Positions 10,829-20,552 of a DNA stretch of 64,000 bases are shown here, one piece after another. Position numbers and translations under genes: made by a program. The DNA is taken from the NCBI GenBank assembly GCA_963745025.1, contig CAVUWD010000016.1:544001-608000 (forward strand), written 5' to 3'. Position 1 is the first letter of the stretch, and every line of letters begins with the position of its first letter. Source of the DNA: an uncultured delta proteobacterium (GTDB lineage: Bacteria > Desulfobacterota > Binatia > JACPRU01). A model generated the notes under the pieces. That model was given only the letters and a program-made list of their open reading frames with translations. It searched no databases and had not been told where the DNA came from.

Positions 10829-11929
10829 CTAGGAGCCCTCGCCGCGGATGAAGCGCTCTACCTCTTCGCGGGCGACGTCGTCCGAGACCTGTCGCGGTGG
10901 GTGCTTCATGAAATAGGAGGAGACTCCGAGCAGCGGCCCACCGATGCCGCGGTCGCGCGCGAGCTTGCAGCAGCGGATCGCATCGATTGCCACGCCCGCC
11001 GAGTTCGGACTGTCCTCGACGGACAGCCGCGCCTCGAGCTCGATCTTCGCGCCGCCGAATCCCTTGCCTTCGATGCGCAGAAAGCACACCTTGTTGTCCT
11101 TCTGCCACGGCACGTAATCGCTCGGGCCGATGTGGACGTTTTGGCTGTCCATGCGCTCCGGGAGGTTCGACTGTACGGCCTCCGTCTTGGAAATCTTCTT
11201 GAAGTCGAGACGCTCGCGGTTGAGCATGTTGAGGAAGTCGGTATTCCCGCCGGTATTCAGTTGATACATGCGCTCGAGCTGAATGCCGCGATCGGCGAAG
11301 AGTTTGGCGAGCGAACGGTGGACGATGGTCGCGCCGAGCTGCGATTTGATGTCGTCGCCGACCACGGGGATCTTCTTGCGCGCGAATTCCTCGCCCCACT
11401 GAGGGTCGGAGACGATGAACGTCGGCATGCAGTTGATGAAGCTCACCCCTTCGTCCAGACACGCCCGCGCGTAGTGCTCGGCCGCCTTCTGACTGCCCAC
11501 CGGAAGGTAGCTGACGACCACATCCGGTTTCGTGGCCCTCAAGACTTGTGCGACGTCCACCGCCGGTGCCGAAGACGGGACGAATCGCTGCTCGGGCGGA
11601 TACTGCAGCATGTGGTCGGAAAACCCGTCGAGAATCGGACCCATCTCGACGCGAATCTTGTAATTGGGGAGCTTGGGGAAGAGCTGTTGGGTGCAATTGG
11701 GGGGCGCCAGGGCCGCCACCTCCAGGGGCTTGCCGACCTTCCGCTCGTCGATGTCGAAGGCGCACGCTACCTGAATGTCGCCCGGCCGATACCCGCCTAG
11801 ATCGAGGTGCATCAGCCCACCCGTCGTACCTTGCTTGGGCCCCTCGCCGTCCCGGTAATACTCGATCCCTTGGAGCAAGCTCGAGGCGCAGTTTCCCACC
11901 CCCACGATTCCGAGACGAACTCTAGGCAT
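10829..11929 (-). CDS. ino1: Inositol-3-phosphate synthase
   Basis: GIVGVGNCASS, YLPVGS, GDDIKSQLGAT, QLNTGGNTDFLNM and EDSPNSAG. Confidence 0.95.
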   Translation of the reverse strand: MPRVRLGIVGVGNCASSLLQGIEYYRDGEGPKQGTTGGLMHLDLGGYRPGDIQVACAFDIDERKVGKPLEVAALAPPNCTQQLFPKLPNYKIRVEMGPILDGFSDHMLQYPPEQRFVPSSAPAVDVAQVLRATKPDVVVSYLPVGSQKAAEHYARACLDEGVSFINCMPTFIVSDPQWGEEFARKKIPVVGDDIKSQLGATIVHRSLAKLFADRGIQLERMYQLNTGGNTDFLNMLNRERLDFKKISKTEAVQSNLPERMDSQNVHIGPSDYVPWQKDNKVCFLRIEGKGFGGAKIELEARLSVEDSPNSAGVAIDAIRCCKLARDRGIGGPLLGVSSYFMKHPPRQVSDDVAREEVERFIRGEGS

Positions 11930-11976
11930 ATGCCGATCTCACCCCCGAGTTGGACAAAACGTAGTTAAAGTCAAAA

Positions 11977-12005
11977 TTTATAGGGAACGCCGCTGCCGTT
12001 GTAAA
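11977..12005 (-). promoter_or_regulatory. Putative sigma70 promoter for ino1-flippase-coaBC
   Basis: Minus strand TTTACA-17 nt-TATAAA in an AT-rich patch about 50 nt upstream of ino1. Confidence 0.55.
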
Positions 12006-12061
12006 GCGACCGGGGAAGCTCGATTCGACCGGGCGTTCAGCCCACGCTAGCTCCGTAGGCT

Positions 12062-12116
12062 GCCTGGGCCGGAGCCGGTTCGCGACCAACGGGAGCGATC
12101 TGTGACGCAACCTCCT
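12062..12116 (-). repeat. REP-like repeat family A (core GATCGCTCCCGTTGGTCGCG)
   Basis: Reverse complement aligns over ~55 nt with 55453-55512; the core is also at 25044, 25097, 53896 and 61555. Confidence 0.8.
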
Positions 12117-13194
12117 AGCGCACCATCGCGAGCGCCTGATCGACCGAGCGGGCAAGCATCACAAACTGCTTGCTGACCGGGTGGTCGGGGTGAGTCACGG
12201 TGATCGGCCGGCCTACGTCCCCCCCCTCGCGCACGTCCGGCACAAGCGGAAGCTCAGCGAGCAGTGCGACTCCGAAGCGCCGGGCCAGGGCATCACCACC
12301 GCCCGATCCGAAGATTTCGTCTCGCTCGCCGCAGTCCGGACAAACGTAGTCGCTCATGTTTTCTACGATCCCGAGCAGCGGCACCTGCAGTTGGCGAAAC
12401 ATACCGATGCCGCGTTCGACGTCGGCGAGCGCGACCCCCTGGGGGGTGGTGACGATCACGGCCCCGGAGAGTGGCACCTGCTGCGCGAGCGTGAGCGCGG
12501 CATCGCCCGTGCCGGGCGGCATGTCGACGATCAGATAGTCCTGCTCGCCCCAGTCCACGTCGCGTAAGAATTGACGCACGAGCCCCATCACCATCGGACC
12601 GCGCCAGATCACCGGCGAGCTGTCGTCGAGAAAGAATCCCATCGACATGATGTCCACGCCGTAGCGCTCGATCGGCGCGATCTTGTTGCCGACCGAGTGC
12701 GGCCGGGCCTCCACACCCATCATGAGCGGCACGGACGGGCCATAGACGTCGCAATCCATCAGCGCGACCTTGGCGCCGGCTTGCTGGAGCGCGATGGCGA
12801 GATTCACCGCGACGGTCGACTTGCCCACCCCTCCCTTGGCGCTCGATACGGCTACGACGTGGCGCACCCCGGGAATTGCGATCTGGCTCTCCGCCGCCCG
12901 GGCGTGCGCGTGGAGGTTCTGGCCGCTGGTTTGCGCGGGAGCCGCAGTCGCAATCTCGACCGAGCGCACCCCGGGAAGCGTCGACAGGGCCTCGCGAATA
13001 CGCTCGGCGATCTCTTGCGCGACTTCGCGTCGCGTACTGACAGGCCGCAGCGTCACGGTGATGTCACCGCCCTCGGCGCGCGCGCCCTCGACGAGACCGT
13101 AACGGACGATGCTGTGCCGAAAGCCGGGAAACGCGACACGGTCGAGGCGCGAATCAATCTCTTCTTGGAGTGACACGGAGATGAGGGACAGCAC
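12115..13194 (-). CDS. mrp: Mrp/NBP35 (ApbC) Fe-S cluster carrier ATPase
   Basis: SAKGGVGKST, DCDVYGPS, WRGPM, DMPPGTGD and ENMS..CPDC; start may be GTG 13176. Confidence 0.93.
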   Translation of the reverse strand: MLSLISVSLQEEIDSRLDRVAFPGFRHSIVRYGLVEGARAEGGDITVTLRPVSTRREVAQEIAERIREALSTLPGVRSVEIATAAPAQTSGQNLHAHARAAESQIAIPGVRHVVAVSSAKGGVGKSTVAVNLAIALQQAGAKVALMDCDVYGPSVPLMMGVEARPHSVGNKIAPIERYGVDIMSMGFFLDDSSPVIWRGPMVMGLVRQFLRDVDWGEQDYLIVDMPPGTGDAALTLAQQVPLSGAVIVTTPQGVALADVERGIGMFRQLQVPLLGIVENMSDYVCPDCGERDEIFGSGGGDALARRFGVALLAELPLVPDVREGGDVGRPITVTHPDHPVSKQFVMLARSVDQALAMVR

Positions 13195-13308
13195 TAGCCC
13201 GCGCTCGGCGAAAACTCAATCGGTGTCGCGGAAGATCGTTCGCGTCTTTCCCTTCGTTGACATTGACCACCCATTGGCCGATATCTCACGTCCTTCACGG
13301 ACCCTCCG

Positions 13309-14295
13309 GTGACGAGCGCGCCGAAATCCTCCCTCGCGGAAAGCCACGCCGCAGACGACCTACTCGCTGCGGACATGGCTTGCGTGGAGCGGAAGATCCA
13401 CGAGACGATCCGCTCCCGCGAGCCGCGCCTGATCGAGATCGCGCTCCATCTGATCGGTGCCGGCGGCAAGCGGATCCGCCCGCTCGTGGCGATGTCGGCG
13501 TTCCGGGCTTGCGGCGGCGAGGACCCGCGGGACATGATCGACCTCGGCGCCGCGCTCGAGCTGATCCACTCGGCCACGCTCCTTCACGACGACATCATCG
13601 ATGCCGCAGAAGTGCGCCGTGGGCGTGCCTCCGCCTATCTTCAGTTCGGCGCCGCCGACACCCTCGTGACCGGGGACTTCCTCTTCTCGAAAGCCTTCGA
13701 GATCTGCGGGCGCTTCGAGGAGACCATCGTGCGCTGGGCATCCGACGCGTGCATCGCGCTGACCGAGGGCGAGATCATGCAGGCGCGGCTTCGCCGCAAC
13801 CCCGCGGTCTCGGTCGCCGACTATCACGAGATCATCCGGCGCAAGACCGCATCTCTGTTCCAGGCCGGCGCGCGCATCGCCGCCCGCGTCGCCGGAGCCG
13901 AGCGCGGACTCGTCGAGGAACTCGCACGCTGCGGCAGCTCGATCGGCATGGCATTTCAAGTCATCGACGACCTTCTCGACGTGATCGGCGACCCGGTGCA
14001 GACGGGAAAGCCCGTTGGCATCGACCTCCGCGACGGCAATCCATCGCTGCCGATCGTGCTCGCCCTGCCACGGAGCCCGTCGCTCGCGCGCGTCTGGCGG
14101 CAGCTCGATGCGGACGACGACGACATCCAGGAGGGTCTCGGCGAAATCGGCCAAAGCGGAGTTCTCGAGCGTGTCCGACTCGAAGCGATCACCTACACGC
14201 GCAACGCCGCGGCCTCTCTTGCTTCACTTCCCGACACGCCGTACCGTGACTTTCTGGACGCCCTGATCCGCGAGCTGCGCGCCCGGGTGTTCTGA
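13309..14295 (+). CDS. Polyprenyl diphosphate synthase
   Basis: GGKRIRP, HDDIID..RRG, KTASLF and FQVIDDLLD. Confidence 0.93.
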   Translation: MTSAPKSSLAESHAADDLLAADMACVERKIHETIRSREPRLIEIALHLIGAGGKRIRPLVAMSAFRACGGEDPRDMIDLGAALELIHSATLLHDDIIDAAEVRRGRASAYLQFGAADTLVTGDFLFSKAFEICGRFEETIVRWASDACIALTEGEIMQARLRRNPAVSVADYHEIIRRKTASLFQAGARIAARVAGAERGLVEELARCGSSIGMAFQVIDDLLDVIGDPVQTGKPVGIDLRDGNPSLPIVLALPRSPSLARVWRQLDADDDDIQEGLGEIGQSGVLERVRLEAITYTRNAAASLASLPDTPYRDFLDALIRELRARVF

Positions 14296-14312
14296 GCGAA
14301 GGAACGGAGCCT

Positions 14313-15302
14313 ATGCCCACCGACCGCTTCGGACGCGAGATCGATTACCTGCGGATCTCCCTGATCGATCACTGCAATCTGCGCTGTGTGTACTGCATGC
14401 CGCTCACGGGGCTCTCGTTCGCGCCACCCGCAGAATTGCTGAGCGCGGCCGAGATCGAGACCGTCGGGCGCGCAGCCGTCGCCGCCGGCTTCCGGCGCGT
14501 GCGGCTAACGGGCGGCGAGCCGACCTTACGCTCCGATCTCGTCGAGATCGTCACCCGCCTCGCCTCCATCGTCGGCATGGGCGAGATCGCGATGACGACG
14601 AACGGTATCCTGTTGCCGAAGCTCGCCGAGCGTCTGAAGAGGGCTGGCCTCCGACGGGTCAACATCCACATCGACACGTTGAACGAAGAGCGAATTCGCC
14701 AGATCATGCGCTGGGGGGATTTGGCAAGGATCTGGCGGGGAATCGAGGCCGCGGAGAGCGCAGGACTCACGCCGCTCAAGTTGAATACCGTGGTGGCGCG
14801 CGACTACAACGACCGCGACGTCGTAGAGCTCGCGGCCCTCACCCGGACACGCGATTGGCACGTGCGCTTCATCGAGCTCATGCCACTCGGCCGCGACGAG
14901 ACCGCCGCGGTTGCGCGCAGCCAGTTCGTCTCGAATCATGATACGCGCCGCCGGATCGAAGACGCGCTCGGCCTGCTCGTACCGTTCCCGTCGCAGAACC
15001 CTACCGACGAGTCGAAGAACTTCTACCTCCCCGAGGCGCGCGGGATCATCGGCTTCATCAGCCCCGTCAGCGAACCGTATTGCGGCACTTGTAACCGCAT
15101 GCGCCTGACCGCCGACGGCAAGTTCCATCTCTGCTTGCTGAACGACGACGAGCTCGACGTGAAGCGCGCGATCCGGTCGGGCGGCGGCGTCGAAGCCGTG
15201 CGTGCGATCCTGCTACGCGCGGTCGCTGCCAAGCCGACCGGACACGCTCTCGATCGCGGCCGCTCCACCGAAAACCACGACATGTATCAGCTCGGCGGCT
15301 AG
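14313..15302 (+). CDS. moaA: GTP 3',8-cyclase MoaA
   Basis: YLRISL..CNLRCVYCMP, LTGGEP, CGTCNRMRLTADG..CL and C-terminal GG. Confidence 0.95.
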   Translation: MPTDRFGREIDYLRISLIDHCNLRCVYCMPLTGLSFAPPAELLSAAEIETVGRAAVAAGFRRVRLTGGEPTLRSDLVEIVTRLASIVGMGEIAMTTNGILLPKLAERLKRAGLRRVNIHIDTLNEERIRQIMRWGDLARIWRGIEAAESAGLTPLKLNTVVARDYNDRDVVELAALTRTRDWHVRFIELMPLGRDETAAVARSQFVSNHDTRRRIEDALGLLVPFPSQNPTDESKNFYLPEARGIIGFISPVSEPYCGTCNRMRLTADGKFHLCLLNDDELDVKRAIRSGGGVEAVRAILLRAVAAKPTGHALDRGRSTENHDMYQLGG

Positions 15303-15694
15303 GAAGTCTCGAAGAGCGCGCGCACGTCGCTCGGCAAGCGCACGACCTTGCCGCGGCGATCGACGCACGCGTGCAGGGTGTGGCCGTCGGCAATCGGCAC
15401 CTCGGCAGAGGTCACCCGGTAGTCGAAGCGAAGGCTCGCGCCGCGCACTTCGACTCGATCGATCGCGACGTTCAGCAACATGTCGAAGCGCGCCAGGCCG
15501 CGGTAGCGGCAGGCGGCCTCCCGAACCGGGAAGAAGATGCCCGCACTCTCGAGCTCCTGGTAGGGGCGACCGAGCGCCCGCAGCAGCTCGGTCCGCGCCT
15601 CCTCGAACCAGAGATACACGCGCGAGTGATGCGCGGCCTGGAATTGGTCGGTATCGAAATACCGAACGCGGCGCTGGTATTCGAAGATCGCCAT
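15299..15694 (-). CDS. Acyl-CoA thioesterase (YbgC/4HBT hotdog fold)
   Basis: RVRYFDTD...HHSRVYLWFEEARTE. Confidence 0.85.
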   Translation of the reverse strand: MAIFEYQRRVRYFDTDQFQAAHHSRVYLWFEEARTELLRALGRPYQELESAGIFFPVREAACRYRGLARFDMLLNVAIDRVEVRGASLRFDYRVTSAEVPIADGHTLHACVDRRGKVVRLPSDVRALFETS

Positions 15695-15732
15695 CGCAGC
15701 CGTTCCTAACCGACCGGTTGCCGCTTGGCAAC

Positions 15733-15764
15733 GTGGCGATCTCGGTTGTGGCGATCTCGGTTGT
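15733..15764. repeat. Perfect 15-bp tandem duplication in a divergent intergenic region
   Basis: GTGGCGATCTCGGTT x2 plus GT. Confidence 0.85.
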
Positions 15765-15798
15765 CTGGATTCGGAGGATTCTTTAGGATGCGCTCCTC

Positions 15799-16473
15799 AT
15801 GGAGCACGCGCTCATCCCCGACGCACGGCGCGTCTTCGCTGGCGACTTCCTCGGCTGGAACGAAGTATCGCCGCTCGTCGGTGGAGACCCGCTGCCGGCG
15901 ATGTCGACCGCGAAGCGCGCCGCCCTCGAGCGATTGCCGTTCCGGCGTGATCAGCTGATGCGCGCCGCCGACGACGGGATGATGCTCGTTCTGCGCGTGG
16001 CGCGCACCGCCGCGGGCAAGCCGCTGACGATTGCCGAACTCGGAGCGCGCTTTCCCGGCCACGCCACCCCCCCGAAGTCTTCGTCGGACCCCTGGTACGC
16101 GCGCGAATCGTTCGCGACCGAGGAGACGTGCCGGCCGGGCTGGGCGCTCGTCGACAAGGGTCTGTTTTCGCGAAGCCGCAACCTGTCCTATCTCGAGCAA
16201 GACGAGGAGCTGCGAAACCGCAGTGACCTCCTCGGTTTATCGTTGCGGCGACGAACCGCGGTCGAGATCGTCTACGATACGTTTCTCTATGCTGCGGTTC
16301 GCGGCGAGCGGCTTCTCGCGACAGACTGGGACTGGTCGTCGAGCGCGACGAGCGACGGAGGATTCGTCACGGCCGGACAATTCGACGAACGGGGATTGCG
16401 CCTCCTCGGATACTCGCAGGCAGTGCGCTTCGACTCGCTCGGGGTGTGCGCCACGGCCGATGGAGAGATTTGA
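15799..16473 (+). CDS. Hypothetical protein with a C-terminus resembling CLec/FGE-fold DGR-target-like proteins
   Basis: 224-aa ORF ending RTAVEIVY...GERLL..DWDWSSS..SDGGFVTAGQFDERGLRL....RFDSLGVC. Confidence 0.65.
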   Translation: MEHALIPDARRVFAGDFLGWNEVSPLVGGDPLPAMSTAKRAALERLPFRRDQLMRAADDGMMLVLRVARTAAGKPLTIAELGARFPGHATPPKSSSDPWYARESFATEETCRPGWALVDKGLFSRSRNLSYLEQDEELRNRSDLLGLSLRRRTAVEIVYDTFLYAAVRGERLLATDWDWSSSATSDGGFVTAGQFDERGLRLLGYSQAVRFDSLGVCATADGEI

Positions 16474-16483
16474 GGAGACACCC

Positions 16484-16744
16484 ATGTACTTCGTCACCAC
16501 CAAGCGAGCGGGCTATGTCTTGTTCTCGACGACACCTAGCGGCCGGGTCGCCGTCGGTTTGACCGAGGATCAAAAGCGATTGCATCTTCTGTTCAAGGAA
16601 ACCGAGGACTGGACGCTCGTCCGCGAATGGCCGGTCGAGGAGTATTCGCACACCGACCTCATGCTGGCGCTCGGCAAGGTCGGCGAGCCCGCGAACCCGA
16701 AGGAAGTTCTAAAGTTGGTTCCCTCGCCGCGGGGCCTTCACTGA
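16484..16744 (+). CDS. Small hypothetical protein (86 aa)
   Basis: GAGGAG RBS then ATG 16484 (MYFVTTKRAGYVLF...); the track ORF from 16031 is an overextension. Confidence 0.75.
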   Translation: MYFVTTKRAGYVLFSTTPSGRVAVGLTEDQKRLHLLFKETEDWTLVREWPVEEYSHTDLMLALGKVGEPANPKEVLKLVPSPRGLH

Positions 16745-16802
16745 GCACACGGCGCGACGGCCCCGTTTGGCGCGGGGTCGCGTGTGTGTTAAGGGGCGCG
16801 CG

Positions 16803-17987
16803 ATGAGCACTGGAGCCCTCTCGCATCTCCGCGTCGTCGAGGTGGGGTCCGGCGTTACCGCCGCGTATACCGCGAAGCTCCTCGGCGATCTTGGCGCCGA
16901 CGTCGTCAAGGTGGAACCTCCCCAAGGCGATCTCGCGCGTGAGGTCGGCCCGTTTCCCGGCGGCCGGGTCGACCGCGAAGCGAGCGGCCTTTTTCTGTAT
17001 CTCAACACCAACAAGCGCGGCATCGTTCTCGACCTCGATTCACCGGCGGATCGCGCCACCCTCGCCAAGCTCCTCGATCGTGCCGACCTGCTGATTCACG
17101 ACGTCGCGCCGGCGAAGCTCCCCGGCTACGGCCTTTCGCCCGACGTGGTGCTCCACGATCGTCGGCGACTCGTCGCCACGTCGATCACCCCGTTTGGGCT
17201 CTCCGGGCCTCATCGCGACTACAGCGCTTACGATCTGAACCTTTGGAACGCCGGCGGCCTCGCGTGCCTGAACGGAGGCGGGCCGGGAACCGATGACCTG
17301 CCGCCGCTTCGCACGTTTGGCCACCAGGCCGCATTCCAGGCGGGACTGAACGCGGCGATCGCATCGCTCGGCGCGATCTTCGCGCGCGAGTCGACGGGAA
17401 GGGGTCAGCACGTCGAGGTCTCCACGCAAGAGTGCCTGGTGACGATCCTCGAACTCACCTACCCCTTCTGGCCCTATTGCCAGCTCACGGCTTCCCGCCT
17501 CGGCAACAGGCCGATCCAGCCGCTCGACTTCTTCGAATGCAAAGACGGCTGGGTCTTCCTCTGCGCCGTCGAAGAGCGCCAATGGCAGACATTCGTCGAG
17601 GTCATGGGGAGTCCCGAGTGGGCGGCGCTCGACATCTTTTCCGATCGGCTGCAGCGTGGAGCCAACTGGGACGCATTGAAGCCGATGATCGCCGAGTGGA
17701 TGGCCGGGCAAACCGTCAAAGAGATCTACCACTATTTGCAGAGCCGCCGCGTGCCGATCGCTCCGGTGTCGACGATGGGGAGTCTGCTCTCCTCGAAGCA
17801 CTTGAACGCGCGCGGGTTCTTCGTTTCGTTCACCCTGCCCGGTGGCGCTCCGCTGCGCGGGCCCGGTGCGCCCTACCTGTTCTCGCGAACACCCTGGGAG
17901 CTTCGCCGCCCCGCCCCTCGGCTGGGCGAGCACACGGAAGAGGTCATGGCCGAGGTCGGTGGCGCAGCGCGAGGCGCAGAGCGATGA
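16803..17987 (+). CDS. Class III (CaiB/BaiF) CoA-transferase, subunit 1
   Basis: LSHLRVVE, LGADVVKVEPPQGD, LNTNKRGIVLDL and APRLGEHT. Confidence 0.9.
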   Translation: MSTGALSHLRVVEVGSGVTAAYTAKLLGDLGADVVKVEPPQGDLAREVGPFPGGRVDREASGLFLYLNTNKRGIVLDLDSPADRATLAKLLDRADLLIHDVAPAKLPGYGLSPDVVLHDRRRLVATSITPFGLSGPHRDYSAYDLNLWNAGGLACLNGGGPGTDDLPPLRTFGHQAAFQAGLNAAIASLGAIFARESTGRGQHVEVSTQECLVTILELTYPFWPYCQLTASRLGNRPIQPLDFFECKDGWVFLCAVEERQWQTFVEVMGSPEWAALDIFSDRLQRGANWDALKPMIAEWMAGQTVKEIYHYLQSRRVPIAPVSTMGSLLSSKHLNARGFFVSFTLPGGAPLRGPGAPYLFSRTPWELRRPAPRLGEHTEEVMAEVGGAARGAER

Positions 17988-19198
17988 GCGGCAAACCACT
18001 ATCGGGAATTCGTGTCGCGGACTTCACGTGGGTTTGGGCGGGGCCTTTCTGCACTCTGCAGCTTGCCCACCTCGGCGCCGAAGTGATCCGCGTCGAGACG
18101 CGCGAGCGGCCCTGCGTGACCCGGCTTCTGCCCCCCTTCGCCGACCTTCAGCCGGGCCTGAACCGCAGCGGGTACTTCAACCAGTACAATCAAGGAAAGC
18201 GCTCGCTGACGCTCAATCTCAAGCATCCCCGCGGCCTCGAAGTCGCGCGCCGCCTGGTCTCCACGAGCGACGTCGTCGCCGAGAACTTCGCCAACGGCGT
18301 CATCGATCGGATGGGTCTCGGCTACCCGGAGGTGCGGCGGCTCAAGCCCGACGCCATCATGGTGTCGATCTCCGGGTACGGCCGCTCGGGCCCCGATCAG
18401 GACTTCGTTTCGTACGGACCGGCGACGGTGCCGCTGGCGGGCTTCTCGTCCGTGACGGGGTACAAGGGCGGGCCGCCGATGCACGTCGGCGTCTCCTACG
18501 GAGACCCGACCGCAGGCCTTCACGCCGCGTTGGCGGTGCTCGCGGCCCTGTGCCACCGACAACGGACCGGAGAAGGCCAATTCATCGACGTCTCCCTCTG
18601 GGAGGCGTCCGCGAGTCTGCTTCCCGACGCGATCTTCGAATACCAGATGAATGGGGCGCCACCACCGCGCGACGGGAATCGCCACCCGCAGATGGCGCCC
18701 CATGGGGTGTTCCGCTCGGCTGGACAGGATCGCTGGGTGTCGATTGCCGTCGGCACCGACGCGGAATGGCTCGCGCTGTGCTCGGTGATGAGAGCCGCCG
18801 ACCTCGCGGCTGACCCGCGGTTCGCCACCCCCGCCGAGCGCAAGCGGAACGAAGATGCGCTCGATGAACGGGTCACGCGCTGGACGACGACCCTTTCCGC
18901 CGAGGAGGCGACGGAGCGTCTGCAGACGGCGGGCGTGGCGGCGTTTCCGACGATGACGAATCAGGATCTCGCCGAGGATCCCCACCTGAACGCGCGCGGC
19001 TTCTTCGTCGATCTGCCACATCCGGAGGTAGGCGCTCGCCATCACGCCGGAATTCCGTGGACGCTTTCCGCCAATCCCTGCGCGGTCGCGGCACCGGCGC
19101 CGTGTCTCGGCGAGCACAACCGGCAGGTGCTCGGCGAGATCCTCGGCTACTCGGAAGCGGAGATCGAGGCTCTCTCCTCCGAAGGCGCGCTCGGCTGA
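17984..19198 (+). CDS. Class III (CaiB/BaiF) CoA-transferase, subunit 2
   Basis: ATGA overlap; PLSGIRVADF..AGP, NQGKRSLTLNL, ISGYG, SYGDPTAG and APCLGEHN. Confidence 0.92.
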   Translation: MSGKPLSGIRVADFTWVWAGPFCTLQLAHLGAEVIRVETRERPCVTRLLPPFADLQPGLNRSGYFNQYNQGKRSLTLNLKHPRGLEVARRLVSTSDVVAENFANGVIDRMGLGYPEVRRLKPDAIMVSISGYGRSGPDQDFVSYGPATVPLAGFSSVTGYKGGPPMHVGVSYGDPTAGLHAALAVLAALCHRQRTGEGQFIDVSLWEASASLLPDAIFEYQMNGAPPPRDGNRHPQMAPHGVFRSAGQDRWVSIAVGTDAEWLALCSVMRAADLAADPRFATPAERKRNEDALDERVTRWTTTLSAEEATERLQTAGVAAFPTMTNQDLAEDPHLNARGFFVDLPHPEVGARHHAGIPWTLSANPCAVAAPAPCLGEHNRQVLGEILGYSEAEIEALSSEGALG

Positions 19199-19207
19199 GC
19201 GCCGGGG

Positions 19208-20395
19208 TTACTCGCGGCGGCCGAAGATGAACGCCGGCAGCTCGCGGAACGCGCGTCGCTTCTCCGCTCCGCCGGCGGCGACGATGACGACGGTCATCAG
19301 CAGATAGAGTCCCGACAGGGCGTAGCGCGCGGCGGCATCCGTGAAGAGCAGCTGGCACGCGAACAGCGCGAGCAGCATCATCGCCTCGCGAATGCTGAAG
19401 CGAAGATCCGCGATGATCGACACCGCGTAGATCGACTGCGCGGTGGTGAGCAGCATCTCTTCGATCTGTCGCTCGTCGAGCGGCATCGCCAGCGGCGCGC
19501 CGGCCGAAACGCTGTAGACGATCGGCAGCATGCCGATCAAAAGCGTCCACTGATTGACGGCCGACGACACGAGCGCGCTGATACCGGCGTTCGATTTTCC
19601 CCCCCACGCGAAGAGGATGCAGACGATGAACTCCGGAGACTCGGAGGCGAGCGGCGCCAGCCACTGGACGAGCAGGAACTCTTCGATCCCGAACGCTCGT
19701 CCCGTCGCCACCAGCCCCTCGGCGAACGGTTCGGCCGCGAGCAAGATGGCGGTTGCCGAGTAGACGAACAGGAAGACGACCGCCAGGCGTCTCCTCCCGG
19801 TCGAAAGGGCGGCGATCGATTCGGCGGGGCCGCCGAGCTCCGGCTCCTGGTGTTCCGTGCGGCCCGCCAGCACCATGTAGGCGGCGAAGAGCCCGACAAG
19901 GATCAGCGAGTCCCAGAGGCTGATCGTCTGCTTCCAGGGAATCACGAAGGAGTAGAGCGTGGCGACGAGCAGAAAGAAGACTTCGACCGATTGCGATCGA
20001 TCGAGCACAAACGCGCGCGATCGCGTACGCAGCCACCCCGTCGCCACCACGGTCGCCCAGCCGAGCCCGATCAGCAGGCGGTTGGCACCCGTCATGTTGG
20101 CGGTGGCGAAGGCCGTATAGCCTTCGCGATGGGGTGCCTGCCACGCGAAATACATGTCGACCGCATACTCCGGCAGCACGGCAATGAGCGCCAGGAACGC
20201 CATCGCCAGCGCCCGTGGAATGTCGACCTGCGCGGCCTCCGCCGCCCACGAGAGCAGAAAGGCGGACCCGAAAATGGCGGCGCCCGCGGCGATGCTCTCG
20301 ACGAGGGGGTCGCCGTTCCCGAGGTGCAGAGCTCGCACGATGACCCACTGGAGGGCGAGCCCCGATGCAACCAGAATGTAGAGGAGATTACGCAA
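19208..20395 (-). CDS. Sodium:calcium antiporter (CaCA) family protein
   Basis: Two alpha-repeats (LIAVLPEYAVD...ANMTGAN; LASESPEF...SSAVNQWT) and about 10 TM helices. Confidence 0.85.
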   Translation of the reverse strand: MRNLLYILVASGLALQWVIVRALHLGNGDPLVESIAAGAAIFGSAFLLSWAAEAAQVDIPRALAMAFLALIAVLPEYAVDMYFAWQAPHREGYTAFATANMTGANRLLIGLGWATVVATGWLRTRSRAFVLDRSQSVEVFFLLVATLYSFVIPWKQTISLWDSLILVGLFAAYMVLAGRTEHQEPELGGPAESIAALSTGRRRLAVVFLFVYSATAILLAAEPFAEGLVATGRAFGIEEFLLVQWLAPLASESPEFIVCILFAWGGKSNAGISALVSSAVNQWTLLIGMLPIVYSVSAGAPLAMPLDERQIEEMLLTTAQSIYAVSIIADLRFSIREAMMLLALFACQLLFTDAAARYALSGLYLLMTVVIVAAGGAEKRRAFRELPAFIFGRRE

Positions 20396-20552
20396 CGAGC
20401 TGCGGCCTCACACGGGTACGGGCCGGCAGCGGTCGGGCGCGGGCCGGGTCCAGCGCTCACGTCGGCCCGTTCCGCTCTGCCCGGCAGGCTCCGCCGGACA
20501 GTCGACAGGCCCAGCCGAGCGCGTGCTCCCGGCCAGCCTCGCGAAGAAGGAG

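Noticed and set aside
12218-12228. Homopolymer C/G tracts in mrp and near 21607 as phase-variation sites
   Set aside because: Short, in frame, and expected at this GC content
13257-13286. TTGACA upstream of the polyprenyl synthase as a promoter
   Set aside because: Perfect -35 but no convincing -10 at 16-18 nt spacing, so not called
15799-16473. Complete diversity-generating retroelement
   Set aside because: No reverse transcriptase, avd gene or adenine-variant template repeat seen in the window
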